Virus record (IMG/VR): IMGVR_UViG_3300008448_000040
Location: 14,725-78,724 of that record
Strand: one strand, 5' to 3'
Length of the DNA stretch: 64,000 nucleotides
Origin: a virus
The position numbers were made by a program, and so were the translations under genes. Positions 58,796 to 64,000 of the stretch are shown here, in pieces. The notes under the pieces are model-generated. The model was not told where the DNA came from. It searched no databases and saw only the letters and a program-made list of their open reading frames with translations. Positions within the stretch are counted from its first letter, which is position 1; every line of letters starts with the position of its first letter.

Positions 58796-59859
58796 TATTT
58801 TTTTGTCCAATCTGAGAAGATAAACCTGTCATAATACTCATAGAAATATTTTAAACCAATTTCCATGGGATCATGAACAGGACCGTAGTCATCAAATCTC
58901 ATATTGTTCAAATGATTTCTACCTCTGTCCATTCTTTCTGCAATCTCATCATCCTCAAAGCATGTTTCCATATAAGCTGCTTGATGAGCTTTAACAAACT
59001 CTTGTTCAAAGTGAGCGATGTCTTCAGGATAGTAAAAGTCTACTATATTTCTTGTCTTCTGTGGCGTCACTGGCCACACAGATGATATGACAAGTACTTC
59101 TGGATACCATTCTACCATCACATTAGGATATATTGTGAGCCATATAGCTCCAAACTCTGGTACAACTCCTTTTCTATAATCAAGTAGCACTTTGTGCCAT
59201 TGTTTATAAACTGGAGTACCAGCCAACTTTAATTGATTATTGACACCAACTGATTGAACAGAATACCTATCACCAAATTGCCAATCAAGTTTACCACAAT
59301 CAACAAAGTTACCTAGTCCAGGATGAAATGGATCCACGTGATAGTCATCCAAATATACTTCAATGAATGTTTTCCAGTTATAGTTACATTCGTGCTCTTT
59401 TCTAGAGTGAAAGACGTACCCATCAAAATTAAAATGGTTAGCGAGTCTCATTTGTTTGAGATCGCTAACTATATCAAATGCATCTTTTTGAAACACCAAT
59501 CCGTTCCACTCTTGAGTCTGAAACTTTCTTAGTGATGCATTGGGACACGGATCAAAATGAGGAGCACCAACTAGCTTACCTGATGTATCGTAAGTCCATC
59601 CATGTAGAGGACAGACAATACTAGACGTAGAGCCAGATCCTTTTAGAATTGTTGCTTGTCTATGTCTACAAACATTAGATACACATTCAATACCATTAGA
59701 TGTATTAAGTAGAAACAATCCATCATCGCTCTGAGGAACAACAGAGTAGTTACCTAGTTCAGGTACAAGATGTTTATGACCAACATAATTAGCATGACGA
59801 AATAAAATATGTTCTCTTTCAAGAATAGAATCATCAAAGTAAAAATGTGATGGTTTCAT
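58795..59859 (-). CDS. Rieske non-heme iron oxygenase alpha subunit
   Basis: CRH...CPLHGW Rieske motif; NWKTFIEVYLDDYHVDPFH iron site. Confidence 0.92.
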   Translation of the reverse strand: MKPSHFYFDDSILEREHILFRHANYVGHKHLVPELGNYSVVPQSDDGLFLLNTSNGIECVSNVCRHRQATILKGSGSTSSIVCPLHGWTYDTSGKLVGAPHFDPCPNASLRKFQTQEWNGLVFQKDAFDIVSDLKQMRLANHFNFDGYVFHSRKEHECNYNWKTFIEVYLDDYHVDPFHPGLGNFVDCGKLDWQFGDRYSVQSVGVNNQLKLAGTPVYKQWHKVLLDYRKGVVPEFGAIWLTIYPNVMVEWYPEVLVISSVWPVTPQKTRNIVDFYYPEDIAHFEQEFVKAHQAAYMETCFEDDEIAERMDRGRNHLNNMRFDDYGPVHDPMEIGLKYFYEYYDRFIFSDWTKK

Positions 59860-59865
59860 CTTAAA

Positions 59866-61689
59866 CTATCCTTCACATGCAAGACACTCGTTTCCTTCTG
59901 CAAGAGCTTTCATATCGATCTCTTCAATCACTTGACGCTCAATACGCTTTGAGACTTTATCTGCCTTTGCTAACTTCTCGCTTCTGCAATAGTATAAGCT
60001 CTTTAGTCCCTGCTTCCATGCTTGGAAGTGTACAGCATGGAGATACTTGATGTTAACATCAGGTCTGAAGAAGAGGTTTAAGGATTGTGCTTGATCAATG
60101 TACTCTTGACGATCTGCTGCATGCTGTACGAGCCAACGCTGGTCAATTTCCATCGATGTTTTGAATACATCCTTTGTCCAGTCATCCATCCACTCTAGAT
60201 GTTGAACTGAACCATCGTTAGCAATGATTGATGACCATACTTCATCATAGTCTAAATCTTTGTTAAGATCACAAGATCTACGTATAATTGCATCTAGCCA
60301 TTTGTTTTTGTTGAGATGTGCTCCTGAGAGCGTATCTTGTCTATATGCATTTGCTCTATATGGCTCAATACTAGGGGATGTATTGCCCATGATGATAGAA
60401 GAGCTAGCATTGGGAGCAATAGCCATGAGATGGCTGAAGCGCATACCAGTGCCTGCAGCATCCGGAGCTTCACCACGTTCTTTTCCAAGTTCCAGATTCG
60501 CTACATCTAGTTTACTCCTGATGTGCTTGAAGATCTGTTTGTTTCTGCCAACCGCCATCGACGATTCCCATGGGATGTTATTTTTCTGCAGATAAGCATG
60601 ATAACCAAGAGCCCCCACACCAATGCTGCGCTCCTGGCTGGCAGAGTATACCGCTCGAGCAATAGCGCTAGGAGCATTGTCAATAAAGTACTGAAGTACG
60701 TTATCCAACATCTCAGCGATGTCCCGAAGAAAAAGATCATTACCCTTCCAATCATCATAATACTCCAAATTAACAGATGATAAACAGCAAACTGCTGTCC
60801 TGTCTTTATCAGTAGGAAGAACAATCTCAGAACATAAATTAGATTGTCTTACTTTAAGACCTTTATCTTTCAAATGCTTTGGTAGATGTCTGTTGCTGGT
60901 GTCTACAAAGTGAAGATATGGTTCCCCTGTATGCATTCTGAGCTCAAGGATTTGCTGCCACAGATGCTTTGCAGATACTGTTTCACGTACCTGGCCATCA
61001 TGTGGGTCTACAAGTTTCCAGCTATCATCTGCTTCAGGATCCAACATACAATTCTCAACCAGCTGCATAAACTCATCTGTAATGTTGATGCCGTGATGCA
61101 AGTTTGGTGCTCTCATGTTAGGATCACCTGTTGGCTTTCTCATATCTAAGAACAAAGCAATATCTGGATGATCAATGTCTAAGTAAGCTGCATACGAACC
61201 ACGACGAGTTCTTCCTTGTCTGTATGCAAGAGAGGAAGCATCGTAAATTCTAAGATGTGGCATGACACCAGTAGACTTTTCATCAGCTGAACGAATACCA
61301 AATCCAATACCAACACCACCTCCTAACATTGATAACCAATTTGTTTCTGATAAGTTATCTACTAGACCAGCAGAGCTGTCATGCATGAAGTTCAAGAAGC
61401 ATGAAATAGGTAATCCTTTTTGTGTTCTTCCAAAAGACAATATTGGCGTCGAATATGATAACCAATGCTTTGAAGAGTAATCATACAATCTCTGTGCATG
61501 TTCTTGATTAGATGCAAATGCCTTCGATACGTATGCAAATCTATCTTGTGGTGAAAGCTCTGTGTCGAGCATATACGATTCTCTCAATCGTTTCAACCCA
61601 TGCTCATCGAATAATTTATCTCTCTCTAAATTTATTTCAATGTTATATTCTGGTAATTGTCTTTGTTTAGGAACAACTGAAAGATGCAT
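59866..61689 (-). CDS. nrdA: Ribonucleotide reductase class Ia alpha subunit
   Basis: PISCF, SNLCSEI, AIAPNASSS, SLYY, C-terminal CLAC; start after GAGG RBS. Confidence 0.97.
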   Translation of the reverse strand: MHLSVVPKQRQLPEYNIEINLERDKLFDEHGLKRLRESYMLDTELSPQDRFAYVSKAFASNQEHAQRLYDYSSKHWLSYSTPILSFGRTQKGLPISCFLNFMHDSSAGLVDNLSETNWLSMLGGGVGIGFGIRSADEKSTGVMPHLRIYDASSLAYRQGRTRRGSYAAYLDIDHPDIALFLDMRKPTGDPNMRAPNLHHGINITDEFMQLVENCMLDPEADDSWKLVDPHDGQVRETVSAKHLWQQILELRMHTGEPYLHFVDTSNRHLPKHLKDKGLKVRQSNLCSEIVLPTDKDRTAVCCLSSVNLEYYDDWKGNDLFLRDIAEMLDNVLQYFIDNAPSAIARAVYSASQERSIGVGALGYHAYLQKNNIPWESSMAVGRNKQIFKHIRSKLDVANLELGKERGEAPDAAGTGMRFSHLMAIAPNASSSIIMGNTSPSIEPYRANAYRQDTLSGAHLNKNKWLDAIIRRSCDLNKDLDYDEVWSSIIANDGSVQHLEWMDDWTKDVFKTSMEIDQRWLVQHAADRQEYIDQAQSLNLFFRPDVNIKYLHAVHFQAWKQGLKSLYYCRSEKLAKADKVSKRIERQVIEEIDMKALAEGNECLACEG

Positions 61690-61705
61690 CTCTACCTCAT
61701 TATTG

Positions 61706-62374
61706 TTATTGTTGGACATATTCTGCAATGATAGGAAATATTTTAGTAAGTTCAACTGCACATGCTTTGGCTACATCAGCATGCTCCTTTTGTGTACCGT
61801 TACCAGTACGTAGTTCGATGTAATGAATCCAGGATCTGATTGTACCTTGCATATAGAGCCTAGATACTGTTAACCCTTCTGGAAGCACTACTCTTGCCTG
61901 CTCTTTGGCGATACCGTTGTCAATCGCCCATTTGTAGGCTTGCTTGACTCTTAAAAGAACGCTAGCTTGTTCTTCTTCCCAACGCTCTTTCAAATAATCA
62001 TTATCAACTTCAATACTATTCTGTCTATTCGTTGTATCTTGTAGCCTTGCTTCTCTAAAAGTGAAATCTAGCTCCTGAGTAGGGTCCGCATAACGCTGAC
62101 TAAACTCCTGGAAACTAAAACTTCTGTGTCTAAGTATTTGCCTTGCGATGTCTCTTGTTGTTTCTATTTCGAGACAAGCCGATACCATTTCGAATGGAGA
62201 CCAATGTTTATGTTTTATTAAATATTGTATTAACCTCTCAGTTGTATCTGTATTAGACTGATTGGATGGATTTGAAACTCTTGCACAATACCCTATTAGA
62301 TCCTGTACACCATCTATATTTGCTGGTAATGTTCCATTAGGTTCCGAATAACTTATTAACTTCACTTTCATCAT
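61706..62374 (-). CDS. thyX: Flavin-dependent thymidylate synthase
   Basis: HWSPFE, RHRSFSFQEFSQRY, TQKEH. Confidence 0.97.
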   Translation of the reverse strand: MMKVKLISYSEPNGTLPANIDGVQDLIGYCARVSNPSNQSNTDTTERLIQYLIKHKHWSPFEMVSACLEIETTRDIARQILRHRSFSFQEFSQRYADPTQELDFTFREARLQDTTNRQNSIEVDNDYLKERWEEEQASVLLRVKQAYKWAIDNGIAKEQARVVLPEGLTVSRLYMQGTIRSWIHYIELRTGNGTQKEHADVAKACAVELTKIFPIIAEYVQQ

Positions 62375-62654
62375 CTATCCATTTCTCAGTCTGTTCAAAT
62401 TTTAATTCTTGTATTGTTTTCTGCTCAAAAGCCTTTCTTGGGTTACCACAGAGTAGACATCCTGACTGTCCACAATCCATAGCATTGTGTTTAGCAAGGC
62501 GGTGAGCTTCTCTCTCGTATAGCTTTATAACACCCCTTTGCTTTGCTATCTTAAGTTGTTTCTTTATATGATTTTGTTTCTGAAGTAATCGTCTTGAGTG
62601 TTTATGTTTGGAAGGTTTTGTTTCATCGTTCATCTCCATCGTTGATTGAAGCAT
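62337..62654 (-). CDS. Hypothetical basic protein
   Basis: CGQSGCLLCGNPR. Confidence 0.6.
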   Translation of the reverse strand: MLQSTMEMNDETKPSKHKHSRRLLQKQNHIKKQLKIAKQRGVIKLYEREAHRLAKHNAMDCGQSGCLLCGNPRKAFEQKTIQELKFEQTEKWIDDESEVNKLFGT

Positions 62655-62856
62655 TTACTCTTACCTCCATGATGTGATTTATTAACTTTTGTGAAGCCCT
62701 AGGACCGATCTGATTTTGAAGAATGGTTATGGCAGAAGTCATCATTGCACATGCTAGCATTCGTACCTCTTCATCATTATCACAAGACATGACTAATTTA
62801 TCCATCGACTTAAGATATGATTTAGCTTTTCGTTCTATTTCTAGCATTTTCTCCAC
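62623..62856 (-). CDS. Hypothetical protein
   Basis: Overlapping co-directional ORF. Confidence 0.55.
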   Translation of the reverse strand: MEKMLEIERKAKSYLKSMDKLVMSCDNDEEVRMLACAMMTSAITILQNQIGPRASQKLINHIMEVRVNASINDGDER

Positions 62857-63878
62857 TGCAATAGTTTTAGTTTTGCTTGTAGTCCTTTGAACGTATTACA
62901 GTCGATAGTAAGTTTAACGTCCTCTGGTTTCATACCACTCAATACCATTTCATTTATATCTTTTTGTTCAATATGGCTTGGCCATATACAAACATTGTAT
63001 CCTATATCAATTGCTTTTTCAACGATTGAACAAATTTCTTTATTCTTTGGTTCATTATCATGAACAATTACTACTTTCGATACATCAGCGATCTCTTTGA
63101 TGCCACCCAAGTTATTTGATGATCCCATCGCCAGTGCATTTGGAAGGAACAATGAATCAATAGGTCCTTCTGTGACATAAATCTTCTCTAACTTGTTTAT
63201 TGCGTCTAAACCATATACCATCGGTTTATTAGTATCAACAGCGATTGTTATGTATCTAAGTTTGCTATTCTTATCAAACGATCTTCCTGAAAACCCAATA
63301 AGAGAACCATCCATGTCAATATAAGGAATAACAAGTCTTGGCTCATCCTTTGCAAGCGACTCTGCATTAAATTTATCGGGAACAATACCATTGACCCATT
63401 CCTTAAATTTTAATGCGAGAAACAGTTTGTGATGGTGCTTTGTTGGAATCTTGCGCCTATCAACATACTGCTTGGCAGGGTGATCATAACGAAGTGAAGA
63501 TATCTTTTGCAGACTCTTGAAGGCCTGTTCACGAAGGTATTTAGGAAAAACCACCTTGGTGATGTCACGCTCCTTTGCGGTTATTCCGACCTGTTTCGAA
63601 GAATATTTTTCAGCCAGCCTTTCTTTTAAATACTCGTCATGCAAAATGGGATCAACTGTCTTTATGAGATTAGCGAGACTTAGTGAAGCATTGCAGTTAT
63701 GGCAATAGTATGTGACGCGCTCTCCTTCAGCTAGGATGAAAGCACGTTTCTTTCTTTTATTGGTTTTGGAGTCACCGCAGATAACACATCTGCAATTGTA
63801 GGTACCATCTCTTTTTCTTGTAAAGAGTGGTAGGTGTGATGAAATAAGACCTATGTATTTGTAATCAATTGGCTGCAT
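62841..63878 (-). CDS. gp61: DNA primase gp61
   Basis: CVICGDS..CHNC Zn finger, EGPIDSLF, DNEP, KDINEM. Confidence 0.95.
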   Translation of the reverse strand: MQPIDYKYIGLISSHLPLFTRKRDGTYNCRCVICGDSKTNKRKKRAFILAEGERVTYYCHNCNASLSLANLIKTVDPILHDEYLKERLAEKYSSKQVGITAKERDITKVVFPKYLREQAFKSLQKISSLRYDHPAKQYVDRRKIPTKHHHKLFLALKFKEWVNGIVPDKFNAESLAKDEPRLVIPYIDMDGSLIGFSGRSFDKNSKLRYITIAVDTNKPMVYGLDAINKLEKIYVTEGPIDSLFLPNALAMGSSNNLGGIKEIADVSKVVIVHDNEPKNKEICSIVEKAIDIGYNVCIWPSHIEQKDINEMVLSGMKPEDVKLTIDCNTFKGLQAKLKLLQWRKC

Positions 63879-63901
63879 ATATCCCCTCAAATAGCAAGGA
63901 G

Positions 63902-63931
63902 ATTATATATGCAACCTATTGATAAGTCAAC
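63902..63931 (-). promoter_or_regulatory. Early promoter for primase
   Basis: TTGACT-17-TATAAT. Confidence 0.75.
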
Positions 63932-64000
63932 TCAGAACTTTTGCAAGCTGAACGAGCTGGGCTACTAGGTAGCCAACAACTAAAGAACCACCAATCAACA
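63928..64000 (-). CDS. 3' end of a membrane-anchored protein (partial)
   Basis: LIGGSLVVGYLVAQLVQLAKVLS*. Confidence 0.5.

Noticed and set aside
54755-62374. Introns or inteins in nrdA, nrdB, thyX
   Set aside because: All are continuous and of normal length
1-64000. Stop-codon reassignment, integrase or transposase
   Set aside because: Core genes are full length in the standard code with all three stops in use; no mobility genes recognised

Overview
64 kb of a large T4-like myophage genome (standard code, mostly minus strand, about 35-40% GC by eye). Host-derived genes point to a Betaproteobacterial (Burkholderiales-like) host. Left to right: (1) baseplate/tail module (DUF4815/VrlC-like, gp8, gp7, gp6, gp25, PAAR, gp5, gp53, gp48, then gp4, gp2, gp54-like, gp26, gp51 and a tape-measure-like gene with a lysozyme domain); (2) gp32, gp59, gp33, SleB-like hydrolase; (3) an accessory cassette whose tmRNA and small ORFs the ORF track misses: circularly permuted two-piece tmRNA (tag ANDERYALAA), Bfd, rubrerythrin, a stand-alone pqqA precursor peptide and an entericidin-like lipoprotein; (4) an early region of small ORFs driven by a repeated sigma70-type promoter family, with a GC-rich palindromic non-coding element near 32.6 kb; (5) 2OG oxygenases, exonuclease, carbamoyltransferase, RNase H, glycosyltransferase, PMM-like HAD, FkbM, tRNA-Met; (6) OprO/P porin, PstS, nrdB, a host-gene cluster (ErpA, desaturase, Rieske oxygenase), nrdA, thyX, primase. 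Top leads: a probable -1 frameshift fusing gp26 to a gp51 that lacks a normal start codon, just upstream of the tape measure; the permuted tmRNA; pqqA; and early promoters embedded in inverted repeats that pair with the downstream ribosome-binding region. All calls are by-eye motif recognition; no searches were run.
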